DNA from: an uncultured Candidatus Izemoplasmatales bacterium
GTDB taxonomy: Bacteria; Bacillota_I; Bacilli_A; Izemoplasmatales; Hujiaoplasmataceae
Assembly: GCA_964519115.1 (NCBI GenBank)
Contig: CAZFHR010000002.1
Coordinates: forward strand, 1 to 31,395
Direction of reading: 5' to 3'
DNA length: 31,395 bases
Shown: one piece after another, positions 1 through 8,997 of the stretch
Layout: each line of letters begins with the position of its first letter
Position numbering within the stretch: position 1 is the stretch's first letter
Notes under the pieces: model-generated
What the model saw: the letters and a program-made list of their open reading frames with translations, nothing else
What the model was told of the DNA's origin: nothing
The model's database searches: none
Made by a program: the position numbers and the translations under genes

Positions 1-31
1 AGATCGGCTCCCAAACGGAGCCGATCTTTTT
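1..31 (+). terminator. Intrinsic terminator of an upstream gene outside the window
   Basis: Perfect 11-bp stem AGATCGGCTCC (1-11) / GGAGCCGATCT (17-27), 5-nt loop, then TTTT. Confidence 0.8.
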
Positions 32-45
32 CATTGATTAGCAAG

Positions 46-72
46 TTTACGTAATCTTTACATATCTTTACT
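46..72 (+). promoter_or_regulatory. Putative PhoP (Pho) box array upstream of pstS
   Basis: Direct repeats TTTACG (46-51), TTTACA (57-62) and TTTACT (67-72) at 11- and 10-bp spacing. They resemble the Firmicutes TT(A/T/C)ACA PhoP repeat. Candidate -10 TACAAT at 106-111 has no consensus -35. Confidence 0.6.
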
Positions 73-146
73 CGTCTACGATATCTCTAGAAGACATCAA
101 AACGATACAATGAAGGTGCAAGAAAGAAAATGCGGAGGATAATAAT

Positions 147-1091
147 ATGAAAAAGATTTTTCTGATATTGATTACCTTGTTTTTTGGCGGAGTAACCATT
201 GCCTGCGGGAATGCGGCAACCACAACAACGGCCGCCTTCAATCCAGCCAGCAACATCAACGTCTATACTCGTGATACAACTTCGGGGACAAGAGCTGGAT
301 TCATGGCTGGAATCGGATTCGCAGAAGCTGAAGCAAACGATTCTGTCTTGGTCGAGGGATTCATCATCAAGGACAATACCGGCATTCTCAGCACCATGGC
401 AATTGATGAATACGGCATCGGATACATATCGCTATCAAGTGTCAACAACACCGTGAAGGGATTGTATTTCGAAGGCGTTGCGCCATCAGAAGAAAATGTC
501 ATCAACGATACCTATGCACTCAAACGGCCCTTCATGTGGATGATTCGCGACACCGGTGATTATCCTTCTATTGAGATAGAGGAAATCGTCATAGCGTTCA
601 TAGCCTTTCTTGGCACATCCGATGGAGCCGACACCATCGCAAATGCAGGGGCCATCGCGCTTCAGAGCAGCACGACATGGGATGCGATCGAAGGGGACTA
701 TGACGTCTGTTCGCAGGATAACAGCGATATCGTTGTCCGGTTCGGCGGATCCGATTCAATTCAAAAAGTGGCGCAGGCACTGACGGCGGCTTTTATGCCC
801 AGATGTGGTAATTTTGTCGCCGAGCATGACCATACCGGCTCGGGAGATGCCTATAAACGCACAAACGATCCGGCGATCAAAGATACTTCAGTGGGCAAGG
901 ACATCGCCTTTTCATCTCGATGGTTTAAAACGACAGAAGCGGTTCCGGAATCACAATTCGGGCAGCTCGCTTGGGACGCCATCGTCGCCATCGTGCATTT
1001 GGACAATCCATTATCCAATATCACTGCTTCAGACTTGAAAGCGATTTATAACGGAAACATACGCACCTGGAGTTCCCTCATTAACCCCTGA
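147..1091 (+). CDS. pstS: Phosphate ABC transporter substrate-binding lipoprotein (permuted PstS type)
   Basis: RBS GGAGG 134-138; lipobox TIAC; PstS motifs RDTTSGTR, GIGYISL, GGSDS, GSG, DIAFSSR, LAWDAIV; first gene of the pst cluster. Confidence 0.93.
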   Translation: MKKIFLILITLFFGGVTIACGNAATTTTAAFNPASNINVYTRDTTSGTRAGFMAGIGFAEAEANDSVLVEGFIIKDNTGILSTMAIDEYGIGYISLSSVNNTVKGLYFEGVAPSEENVINDTYALKRPFMWMIRDTGDYPSIEIEEIVIAFIAFLGTSDGADTIANAGAIALQSSTTWDAIEGDYDVCSQDNSDIVVRFGGSDSIQKVAQALTAAFMPRCGNFVAEHDHTGSGDAYKRTNDPAIKDTSVGKDIAFSSRWFKTTEAVPESQFGQLAWDAIVAIVHLDNPLSNITASDLKAIYNGNIRTWSSLINP

Positions 1092-1104
1092 GCGCGCGCG
1101 CTCA
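1089..1104. repeat. Perfect 16-bp palindrome or intercistronic hairpin at the pstS stop codon
   Basis: TGAGCGCGCGCGCTCA equals its own reverse complement and includes the pstS TGA. Confidence 0.8.
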
Positions 1105-1153
1105 CGAAGCGCAGTCAAGGCGGATTTTGTGTAAATAGAAAGGGTTCAGGGAT

Positions 1154-2116
1154 ATGACTCGAAGTGCACTCATGATAAAGGCAAAGAACACAACTGGCAA
1201 GCGAACGGTAGATAGAATAGTGAAATACTTTTTTCTTTCAACCGCGGTTTTGTCAGCGTCTTTTATCTTCATCATCGCTTGGATTATCCTTATTCGCGGT
1301 ATTACCCCGTTTACAACCGATAATGGCGGCCTGGGAACGGTTGATCTCCTCCGTTTTTTAACTGGAGGCGTCTGGCTGGAAGGGCAAGCTTTCGTGTCCA
1401 CCTTGTATGGGGTTGGGTTTCTCATCGTATCGACACTATACATCACTTTTCTATCTCTCTTGATTGCCGCACCCGTCGGCGTCCTGACCGCTTTGTTCAT
1501 TGCCAAGACCGCATCGAAACCATTGGCAAGAGCTTTGCGGACCGTCGTGGAGACGCTGGCGGCGATTCCGTCAATTATTTATGGGTTGTTCGGTGCCGGA
1601 ATCATCCTCAAGCTTGTGTATGATTTCAGTGCCGCCATTGGTTATCAGTCCAAAGGCGGCAATTCGATACTGGCAACCGCCCTTGTCCTTGCCTTGATGA
1701 CAATTCCAACAATTACTGCAATTTCAGAGGTGGCAATCCGCTCCGTCGACAAGACCCTGGAAGAAGGGTCCCTCGCATTGGGGGCGAGTCAGACACAGAC
1801 GAAATTCAAAGTCGTACTGGCCGCAGCAAAGTCCGGGATTTTTACCGCCATCATCCTTGGTGTCGGTCGCGCCCTCGGAGAAGCCACTGCGGTTTCGCTT
1901 GTCGCTGGCGGCCGAAGGTCAGGATTTTCATTTGCGCTACTCGACACTACAAGCACACTCACAACAATCATGCTGGAAGGACTCAAGGAAACGACGGGAA
2001 TCGATTATGATATCCGGTTTTCGGTCGGCTTGGTCCTTTTGGCCGTTATCCTGATTACGAATCTGATTTTGAACGCAATCAAAAGGAGGGTGGGGACGAT
2101 CCGTGTCAAAGAATAA
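1154..2116 (+). CDS. pstC: Phosphate ABC transporter permease PstC
   Basis: Multi-TM protein with VETLAAIPSIIYG, the EAA loop EEGSLALGAS and GRALGEATAV. Confidence 0.95.
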   Translation: MTRSALMIKAKNTTGKRTVDRIVKYFFLSTAVLSASFIFIIAWIILIRGITPFTTDNGGLGTVDLLRFLTGGVWLEGQAFVSTLYGVGFLIVSTLYITFLSLLIAAPVGVLTALFIAKTASKPLARALRTVVETLAAIPSIIYGLFGAGIILKLVYDFSAAIGYQSKGGNSILATALVLALMTIPTITAISEVAIRSVDKTLEEGSLALGASQTQTKFKVVLAAAKSGIFTAIILGVGRALGEATAVSLVAGGRRSGFSFALLDTTSTLTTIMLEGLKETTGIDYDIRFSVGLVLLAVILITNLILNAIKRRVGTIRVKE

Positions 2117-3320
2117 GTCCTGCATGCGGAAAGACCGCTTCTGGAATTTTATGACCTATCTAGCTTCATCGGTCAACCTCATTACCCTCTTGGCGATCGC
2201 TCTCTTTGTTTTTGGGAAGGGGTATCGTTTGTTAAAGCCGGATCTGATTGTTGAAAACTTCGAATCACAAGGATTTGTGGCCGATTTTTATGAAGGAACA
2301 TTACCATGCAGTTGTGAAGCGCCAATATCCTTTTCTGAAGGAACTTATTATTCGAGCAAATGGGGAATTGCATTATCGGACGCTGTCGACCTGCTCGGAA
2401 AAACGACGATTCGAGTCGAATATGTTGCCGAAGACAGCCCCTTTCACTCCCTTCGCGATAAAGGGATCAGCTTTGCCCCAATCGAAATGAAGGCGGATTA
2501 TGAAATCATCCGAATCGCGTTTGAAACCGATTCGACGGCGCTTTCAAAGCAAGGCGCAGCAAATATGATAACCGCACTTGATGCCAATGACACTATTCGG
2601 GAGATCGAATTCAGGACCAGAGGCGGAGGTGTGCGCGGGTCGATTTTGACAACACTCATTCTGATGGGGCTGACGCTGGTGATGGCGCTACCGATTGGAA
2701 TCGGAGCGGCAATCTATTTGACAGAATACGCGCCGGCGAATCGCGCTACGAGGGGCCTCCGGACTTTGATCGAGACGCTAACCGGCGTTCCGTCGATCAT
2801 CTATGGTCTAATGGGGCTTGCGGTTTTTGTGCCGATAACCGTAAAACTTACTTCTGCAACCGGGGGCAATCTGATCTCCGGATCGATGACAATGGCCGTC
2901 ATTTTGCTTCCGGTCATCATTCGCACTACTGAAGAAAGTCTGAAAATGGTACCAAGCGACATTCGAAGCGCTTCGCTGGCACTGGGCGCAAACAAAACGC
3001 AGACAACATTCAAAGTCGTTCTGCCAAGTGCGGTTTCTGGAATTCTGACGTCGATCCTACTGGCGATTGGCCGCATTATTGGCGAATCAGCCGCACTGGT
3101 ATTTGCCATAGGAACAACAATCAAGGACGACATCTCGCTTACAGGGAAATCGACTTCACTCGCGGTTCATATCTGGGCGATGATGACAGACGAACCGGCC
3201 AACATCGAATTATCGGCGACAATTGCTATCATCATTATTGCTATCGTTGTCATTTTGAATCTTTTCATAAAAATAATAACTGCCGCTTTTCTAAAACGGC
3301 GATTGGTGGGTGTGTTATGA
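2103..3320 (+). CDS. pstA: Phosphate ABC transporter permease PstA with a large extracytoplasmic insertion
   Basis: [22 protein letters not shown] and [10 protein letters not shown] motifs; overlaps the pstC end; the start could be GTG 2103 or ATG 2124. Confidence 0.93.
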   Translation: MSKNKSCMRKDRFWNFMTYLASSVNLITLLAIALFVFGKGYRLLKPDLIVENFESQGFVADFYEGTLPCSCEAPISFSEGTYYSSKWGIALSDAVDLLGKTTIRVEYVAEDSPFHSLRDKGISFAPIEMKADYEIIRIAFETDSTALSKQGAANMITALDANDTIREIEFRTRGGGVRGSILTTLILMGLTLVMALPIGIGAAIYLTEYAPANRATRGLRTLIETLTGVPSIIYGLMGLAVFVPITVKLTSATGGNLISGSMTMAVILLPVIIRTTEESLKMVPSDIRSASLALGANKTQTTFKVVLPSAVSGILTSILLAIGRIIGESAALVFAIGTTIKDDISLTGKSTSLAVHIWAMMTDEPANIELSATIAIIIIAIVVILNLFIKIITAAFLKRRLVGVL

Positions 3321-4084
3321 GTTGCAATACACAAGGAGTCTTTGTCGTCGAACATCTGAATCTTCATTACGGAAAGGTGCAGGCCCTACATGATGTCAGC
3401 ATATCAGTCACAGAGAAGCAAGTGACCGCTTTGATCGGACCTTCCGGATGTGGTAAATCAACTTTTTTAAGGACGCTGAATCGAATGAATGATCTGATCG
3501 CAAACTGCCGGGTCGAAGGAAGCGTCCGTTATCGCGAGGAGGATATTTATGGTCAGGAAACAGATGTCATCGACTTGCGAAGAAAAGTTGGAATGGTATT
3601 TCAAAAACCCAACCCCTTTCCGATGAGTGTTTTCGATAATGTCGCATATGGCCCTAGATGTCAAGGCATCAAAAATAAGTCAATGTTGGGACAGATCGTC
3701 AAGCAATCTCTAGTGGATGCCGCATTGTACGAAGAGGTCAAGGATCGCCTGAAAGACAACGCATTAAGCCTTTCGGGTGGGCAACAACAGCGACTCTGCA
3801 TAGCGCGGGCGATTGCAATGGCTCCTGATGTGATACTGATGGATGAGCCAACTAGCGCCCTTGATCCTGTTGCGACGGCAAAAATCGAAGAGTTGATCAA
3901 CGATCTGAAAAAGGAATATACAATCATCATCGTTACCCATAATATGCAACAGGCGGCTCGCATATCAGATGACACAGCGTTCTTCCTGATGGGAGAACTG
4001 GTGGAGTTTGGTCCTACAGAAATAATCTTCAGCCACCCCACCTGTGGTAAAACAGAAAACTACATCACAGGCCGATTTGGGTGA
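3317..4084 (+). CDS. pstB: Phosphate ABC transporter ATPase PstB
   Basis: Walker [46 protein letters not shown] and C-terminal YITGRFG; ATGA overlap with pstA. Confidence 0.97.
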   Translation: MSCNTQGVFVVEHLNLHYGKVQALHDVSISVTEKQVTALIGPSGCGKSTFLRTLNRMNDLIANCRVEGSVRYREEDIYGQETDVIDLRRKVGMVFQKPNPFPMSVFDNVAYGPRCQGIKNKSMLGQIVKQSLVDAALYEEVKDRLKDNALSLSGGQQQRLCIARAIAMAPDVILMDEPTSALDPVATAKIEELINDLKKEYTIIIVTHNMQQAARISDDTAFFLMGELVEFGPTEIIFSHPTCGKTENYITGRFG

Positions 4085-4097
4085 AGTATATGCATTA

Positions 4098-4106
4098 TGA
4101 TATAAT
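4098..4106 (+). promoter_or_regulatory. Candidate internal extended -10 promoter for phoU-phoP-phoR
   Basis: TGATATAAT in the 36-bp pstB-phoU gap, 14 nt before the phoU GTG. Confidence 0.6.
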
Positions 4107-4120
4107 GAAAGAGAGGGAAT

Positions 4121-4789
4121 GTGACCTTGAACAGTCGTGCACGTTTTGATGAAGAATTGGATCGCCTGCAGTTGGAATTGATAAAAATGGGCGACGCTGT
4201 CATGCAAAACATCGTTGCCGGACTGAAATCGTTTCTGACGATGGATGTCAATCTTGCCGAGCAGACGGTGAAGGCCGACAAGATCGTCAATGAATTCGAG
4301 CAGAAGATTGAGAAGGATTGCCTTCGCATCATTTTACGGGAGCAGCCAGTTGCCAAAGATCTCCGTTTGATTACGGCAGTTCTGAAAATGATTACTGATC
4401 TTGAACGAATTGGCGATCACGCTGCCGACATTTCTAAAATGACCATTTTTATGGAAAGAACCAAACAATCAGTCACAATCAGTCAGATGAAGCCAATGAC
4501 CGTAGCAAGTACGACAATGATCAAAAAGGCTCTTGATTCATTCATTAACCGCGATCTTTTGCTGGCGGAAGAAGTCATCTCGGATGACGATGTCGTCGAT
4601 GAATTGTTCGAACAAATAAAAAAATCGGTTGCCGACTCGATCCGCTCCCAGGAAATGGATGCAGATTATGCATTGTATGCCATGATGGTTGCAAAGTATC
4701 TTGAACGAATCGGTGATCACGCCGTAAACATCAGCGAATGGGTCATATTCTCCATCAACGGAGAACATAAGCACAATTTAATTTTCTAG
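4121..4789 (+). CDS. phoU: Phosphate signalling protein PhoU
   Basis: Two PhoU repeats (QPVAKDLR...DLERIGDHA; YLERIGDHAVNISEWV); GTG start after GAGGG. Confidence 0.96.
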   Translation: MTLNSRARFDEELDRLQLELIKMGDAVMQNIVAGLKSFLTMDVNLAEQTVKADKIVNEFEQKIEKDCLRIILREQPVAKDLRLITAVLKMITDLERIGDHAADISKMTIFMERTKQSVTISQMKPMTVASTTMIKKALDSFINRDLLLAEEVISDDDVVDELFEQIKKSVADSIRSQEMDADYALYAMMVAKYLERIGDHAVNISEWVIFSINGEHKHNLIF

Positions 4790-4800
4790 GAGGGCGCACC

Positions 4801-5484
4801 ATGGGGCAGTTGATTTATTCTGTCGAAGACGATCCGAATATTGGCCACATCATCAACATTGCTCTTTCGAATTCCGGGTATACAGTGCGCACTTTTACAG
4901 AAGGGAAATCACTGTTTGCGGCCGTTGAGTCGAATATTCCTGACCTGTTTCTGCTTGATATAATGTTACCTGACATGGATGGCTTGACGATTCTAAACCA
5001 ACTGAAAGTGACGGCGACACTTCAATTTGTTCCGGTGATGATTATTTCCGCAAAAGATGCGGAACTCGATAAAGTCATAGGACTAGACGCCGGAGCGGAC
5101 GATTACCTCATTAAACCATTTGGCGTTCTTGAACTGATTAGCCGCGTCAAGGCGATACTACGGCGCAACGAAAATCGGGAGATTGAAGCAGTTACATGCG
5201 GCGGAATTTTGATGAATGCAACGGAACACGTTTGTCGATACGAGGACAAGCCGATTGCACTGACAGCAAAGGAGTTTGCCTTACTATGGCTTCTTGTCAA
5301 CAATAAAAATAAAACACTGACCCGCGAATTCATATTGAATACGGTTTGGGGGTTTGATTTTTTAGGGGAAACACGGACGCTTGATGTTCATATCAAGGAA
5401 ATTCGACAAAAACTGACTCGTGTCGGGGTCGTTGCGGAACCAATCCAAACCATCCGCGGAATCGGGTACAAATTCATAGAATGA
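4801..5484 (+). CDS. phoP: OmpR-family response regulator (PhoP/PhoB-like)
   Basis: Receiver domain VEDD...LLDIMLPDMDG...GADDYLIKPF and winged helix RTLDVHI...TIRGIGY; located after phoU. Confidence 0.88.
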   Translation: MGQLIYSVEDDPNIGHIINIALSNSGYTVRTFTEGKSLFAAVESNIPDLFLLDIMLPDMDGLTILNQLKVTATLQFVPVMIISAKDAELDKVIGLDAGADDYLIKPFGVLELISRVKAILRRNENREIEAVTCGGILMNATEHVCRYEDKPIALTAKEFALLWLLVNNKNKTLTREFILNTVWGFDFLGETRTLDVHIKEIRQKLTRVGVVAEPIQTIRGIGYKFIE

Positions 5485-7172
5485 AGAAGAAAATTGTCCT
5501 TCATTACGCTGCCATTGTCCTGTTTTCACTTATTCTGTTCATCCTTGGTGCGGTCTTTCTGGTTCAAAGCAATCTGCAGAACGTTACGGAACTGAACCTT
5601 CGTAATTACCTGGAGCTGGTCGATGCGGCTTATACCCGTACTAGTGACGAAGCCGCGGTCATCGACGAATACGCAGGAATTGAGGATTATCTGCGCATTA
5701 CCTTCATTGATGTTGAAGGAAATGTTACTGCCGACTCCATTGTCGTTCCGGAAGACAACCATTTGACTCGTCCGGAAATCGTCGAGCCGGGCACGGTGGC
5801 TATCCGCCACTCTGACACGCTTGGAAAGCGGATGATGTACCTTGCCGAAACACTAGCAGATGGATCTTATTTGCGCGTTGCCATTCCCCTTTCATCGGTA
5901 GCCCCTTTTTTCAACAACTTTCTCTTTCTTTCCATTCTTGTGGGCTGTGTGATTGTCGTTGTTGCTGTGTTTTTTCTTTCGATTTCTGCCGAACGAACAA
6001 TTCTACCCCTGAAAGAAACCGTCGGGGCTCTTCGCTCTATCGTCGAGGGACATTATGCGGAACGACTGCCGCTTGAGAACACGGAAGAATCAAACCAACT
6101 GATCAACGAAATCAACGAGATTGCCCACCTGCTTTCCGAAAATATCCGTTCGCTAGGGAACGAAAAGCGTAAACTCGATTTCATTCTTGACCATATGGAT
6201 CAGGGATTATGCATTCTTGATACATTCGGCCGAGTCGTCCTAGTAAACCGCTTTGTGAAGAATCTGCTGGGATTCAATGATCAAGAAAATAAGGGACGAA
6301 ACTACCTCTTTCTTTTTCGTGACAAGACGATTCAACTTGCCATACATGACGCCTTGGAAAAAGGAATAGGAATGAATGGAACCTATGCCGATGGCGACCG
6401 ATATTATTCCGTAACCGTCATCAAGAATCCGGACGACTTCAACGGTACTGAAAGTGTTCTGCTAATTTACACCGACATCACGCAAGCGAAGACACTGGAA
6501 ATTTTGAAACGCGACTTTTTCGTCAACGCTTCTCACGAGCTCAAATCGCCGCTCACGTCAATCATTGGGGCCTCTGAATTAATTGCTGCGGATATGACAA
6601 AGAGCCCGGAAGAAACGAGGGATTTAGCGGCACGGATCATCCAAGAAGCGCGGAGAATGAACAATCTTGTCAACGATATGCTTGATCTTTCAAAGTATGA
6701 ACAGGGGATGGAAACAAATAACATCATAGCAGTTGACCTAGCCGATGTCATCAAAGAGGCGGGTTCGGTGTTTGCTTCCGTTGCGGCGGAGCGAAACATC
6801 CGAATTCTATTCCAAATTGTATCAGCAACGGTCCGCGCGAACTATGAAGATATGATTCAACTCGTTCGCAACCTGATAGACAACAGCATCAAATATGGAG
6901 TTGAAAACGGCCACGTCTGGGTCGCACTCCGCAAAACCACCGATGCCATCGAACTTGAAGTCGCCGATGATGGCATCGGCATTTCCAAAGCGGATCAGGC
7001 GCGCGTCTTCGAGCGGTTTTATCGCGTCGACAAGGCTCGAAGCAAGAAAATCGGCGGTACCGGTCTTGGATTGGCGATTGTTAAGCACATCTGTCTGGCC
7101 TATCAGGGAAAAATCACATTGGAGAGCGAACTGGGCAAAGGCACCAAGATGATTATATCGTTTCCTCTGTAA
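5481..7172 (+). CDS. phoR: Sensor histidine kinase PhoR (2 TM, HAMP, PAS, HisKA, HATPase)
   Basis: FFVNASHELKSPL H-box, NLIDNSIKY, DDGIGI, FERFYRVDKARS and GGTGLGLAIVKH; ATGA overlap with phoP. Confidence 0.92.
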   Translation: MKKKIVLHYAAIVLFSLILFILGAVFLVQSNLQNVTELNLRNYLELVDAAYTRTSDEAAVIDEYAGIEDYLRITFIDVEGNVTADSIVVPEDNHLTRPEIVEPGTVAIRHSDTLGKRMMYLAETLADGSYLRVAIPLSSVAPFFNNFLFLSILVGCVIVVVAVFFLSISAERTILPLKETVGALRSIVEGHYAERLPLENTEESNQLINEINEIAHLLSENIRSLGNEKRKLDFILDHMDQGLCILDTFGRVVLVNRFVKNLLGFNDQENKGRNYLFLFRDKTIQLAIHDALEKGIGMNGTYADGDRYYSVTVIKNPDDFNGTESVLLIYTDITQAKTLEILKRDFFVNASHELKSPLTSIIGASELIAADMTKSPEETRDLAARIIQEARRMNNLVNDMLDLSKYEQGMETNNIIAVDLADVIKEAGSVFASVAAERNIRILFQIVSATVRANYEDMIQLVRNLIDNSIKYGVENGHVWVALRKTTDAIELEVADDGIGISKADQARVFERFYRVDKARSKKIGGTGLGLAIVKHICLAYQGKITLESELGKGTKMIISFPL

Positions 7173-7175
7173 ATT

Positions 7176-7207
7176 GCCGTCAGGCCGTCGCTGACGGCTT
7201 TCTTTTT
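7176..7207 (+). terminator. Intrinsic terminator after phoR
   Basis: GCCGTCAG / CTGACGGC stem, 7-nt loop, then TTTCTTTTT. Confidence 0.85.
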
Positions 7208-7246
7208 GTGAAAAGCAAACAAGGGAAGCGGACGACGCTGGGCGTG

Positions 7247-7266
7247 TTTTTTACTATAGTAAAAAA
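7247..7266. repeat. Perfect 20-bp palindrome upstream of the Y-family polymerase gene (candidate operator)
   Basis: TTTTTTACTATAGTAAAAAA is self-reverse-complementary. Its function is inferred only. Confidence 0.6.
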
Positions 7267-7325
7267 GATGCCGCTTTCACGAAAAAAAGACGGCTTCCCA
7301 TCTTCCTTTTTAGGCCGATAGTCGG

Positions 7326-7331
7326 TATAAT
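7326..7331 (+). promoter_or_regulatory. -10 element of the Y-polymerase/YolD unit
   Basis: TATAAT 23 nt before the ATG, RBS AGGAGG 7341-7346, weak -35. Confidence 0.6.
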
Positions 7332-7354
7332 GGTGGGCGAAGGAGGGGATAACC

Positions 7355-8620
7355 ATGGAAGAATATCGTCTGCACAAACATATTCTCTGCATCGATCTGA
7401 AGAGTTTTTACGCTTCCGTCGAATGCAGTCTTTTGGGTCTCGATCCCTTCCAGACGGCCCTCGTCGTCGCCGACGCTTCGCGCGGTGGCGGCTCGATCGT
7501 CCTTGCGGTTTCGCCTTATCTTCGGAAACTCGGCGTTCCCAGCCGTTGCCGCATCCACGACCTGCCGCAGAACATCCATATCATCTATCAGAAGCCGCGG
7601 CTTGCGACGTATCTCGAATTTTCGGCCAAAATCGTCGAAATCTATCTCCGTTATCTTTCGGAAGAGGATATGTACGTTTATTCGATTGACGAGGTGTTCA
7701 TGGATTTCACCGAATATCTCGATTATTACCAAAAGACGGACGTTGAGCTCGCCAAGGAAATCATGGCGACGATCTATGCCGAGACGAAGGTCTACTCGAC
7801 CTGCGGCATCGGCCCGAACATGCTGATGGCGAAACTGGCGCTCGACATCGAATCGAAGCGGGCGCCGGACTTCATCGCCAAATGGGAATACGAGAACCTG
7901 CCGCAAAAACTGTGGCCAGTCTCGCCGCTTTCGGAAATGTGGGGCATCGGCCGGAACATGGAAGCCCATTTGAACCAGATGGGTATGTTCCGGGTCGGCG
8001 ACATCGCTAAATGTGATGTCGGCCGGTTGAAAAAACGGTTCGGCATCCTCGGCGAAGAACTGTATTATCACACCCACGGCATCGACATGAGCCTGATTCA
8101 GGACAAGGGCCGGATCAAACCGGCGTCCAAGAGTCTTGGCTGCGGCCAGGTCCTGTTCCGCGATTATTATGTCCCGGATATCTACCAGATCATCATCGAA
8201 ATGGTCGACGATGTCTGCCGGCGGCTCCGGCTTGCCGGCAAGACGGCAAAAACCATCCACTTCGGCATCGGGTACAGCCAGGACACCGGTGGCGGCTTCG
8301 GCCGCCAGATCACGCTCGACCAGCCGACGGCGAACGAAAGCGACGTCTACAAAGCGTGCCTGCATCTGTTCGGCCTGCATTATGAACGTTGTCCGATCCG
8401 CCGCGTCCACGTCGGCGTCGGAAACCTCATCGACAAACCGCCGCGGCAGGCGAGCCTCTTCGACGACATCGAGCGGGCGATCAAGGAAGAACAGGTTTTC
8501 ACCGCGATCGACGAAATCAAATTCAAATTCGGTAAAAACAGCATCAACCGGGCCTCGAGCGGATTGAAGGCGTCGACCGTCAAGGCCCGCAATGATATGA
8601 TCGGCGGTCACTGGGCATGA
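7355..8620 (+). CDS. Y-family translesion DNA polymerase (UmuC/PolY2/UvrX-like)
   Basis: CIDLKSFYASVE, YSIDEVFMD, GIGPNMLMAKLA, MWGIG and C-terminal IKFKFGKNSI...IGGH; paired with a YolD-like gene. Confidence 0.93.
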   Translation: MEEYRLHKHILCIDLKSFYASVECSLLGLDPFQTALVVADASRGGGSIVLAVSPYLRKLGVPSRCRIHDLPQNIHIIYQKPRLATYLEFSAKIVEIYLRYLSEEDMYVYSIDEVFMDFTEYLDYYQKTDVELAKEIMATIYAETKVYSTCGIGPNMLMAKLALDIESKRAPDFIAKWEYENLPQKLWPVSPLSEMWGIGRNMEAHLNQMGMFRVGDIAKCDVGRLKKRFGILGEELYYHTHGIDMSLIQDKGRIKPASKSLGCGQVLFRDYYVPDIYQIIIEMVDDVCRRLRLAGKTAKTIHFGIGYSQDTGGGFGRQITLDQPTANESDVYKACLHLFGLHYERCPIRRVHVGVGNLIDKPPRQASLFDDIERAIKEEQVFTAIDEIKFKFGKNSINRASSGLKASTVKARNDMIGGHWA

Positions 8621-8946
8621 ACGGCGCCTACGCGGATCGCGGCATCATCAAATGGAACGCTTTTGACGCCCTGGCCGGCTATTCGTCGATGCTCGAAGAG
8701 ATGCGGTATCGCCTCGGCAAGAAAGAAAAGCCGCAGCTTTCCGACGACGTCTACGAGGAAATGAACCGACAGTTGCAGCAGGCCCTCGCTGATGATGCGG
8801 AAATCGAAGTCAAGTACCACCACGACGGCTATGTCCGCTTCACCTATGGCAAAATCCGAAAGGTCGATTTTACGGCGAAGGAAATCGTCATGTCGACCTG
8901 GGAGCGGTTCAAAGCCGAAGACATCCTCGAAATCATCGTGCAATGA
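8617..8946 (+). CDS. YolD-like accessory protein of the mutagenesis cassette
   Basis: DRGIIKW and KPQLSDD..EEMNRQL motifs; ATGA overlap with the polymerase, as in Bacillus uvrX/yolD and yqjW/yqjX pairs. Confidence 0.85.
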   Translation: MNGAYADRGIIKWNAFDALAGYSSMLEEMRYRLGKKEKPQLSDDVYEEMNRQLQQALADDAEIEVKYHHDGYVRFTYGKIRKVDFTAKEIVMSTWERFKAEDILEIIVQ

Positions 8947-8950
8947 CCAT

Positions 8951-8980
8951 GCCGGTCCGTCCCCGAGACGGACCGGCTTT
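8951..8980 (+). terminator. Terminator-like hairpin after the YolD-like gene
   Basis: Perfect 11-bp stem GCCGGTCCGTC / GACGGACCGGC with a short TTT tail. Confidence 0.7.
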
Positions 8981-8997
8981 CCAACATCCGGACGGAT

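Noticed and set aside
3318-3320. Possibility that TGA encodes Trp (genetic code 4), given the Mollicute-like features
   Set aside because: TGA falls at the expected C-termini of pstA, pstB, phoP and prs, often in ATGA overlaps, and conserved Trp residues use TGG.
7310-8611. 433-aa antisense ORF opposite the Y-family polymerase (similarly 12688-13881, 17040-17888, 10361-11143, 29653-30438)
   Set aside because: These are shadow frames of well-supported genes with GC-rich codon bias. They have no recognisable motifs or translation signals.
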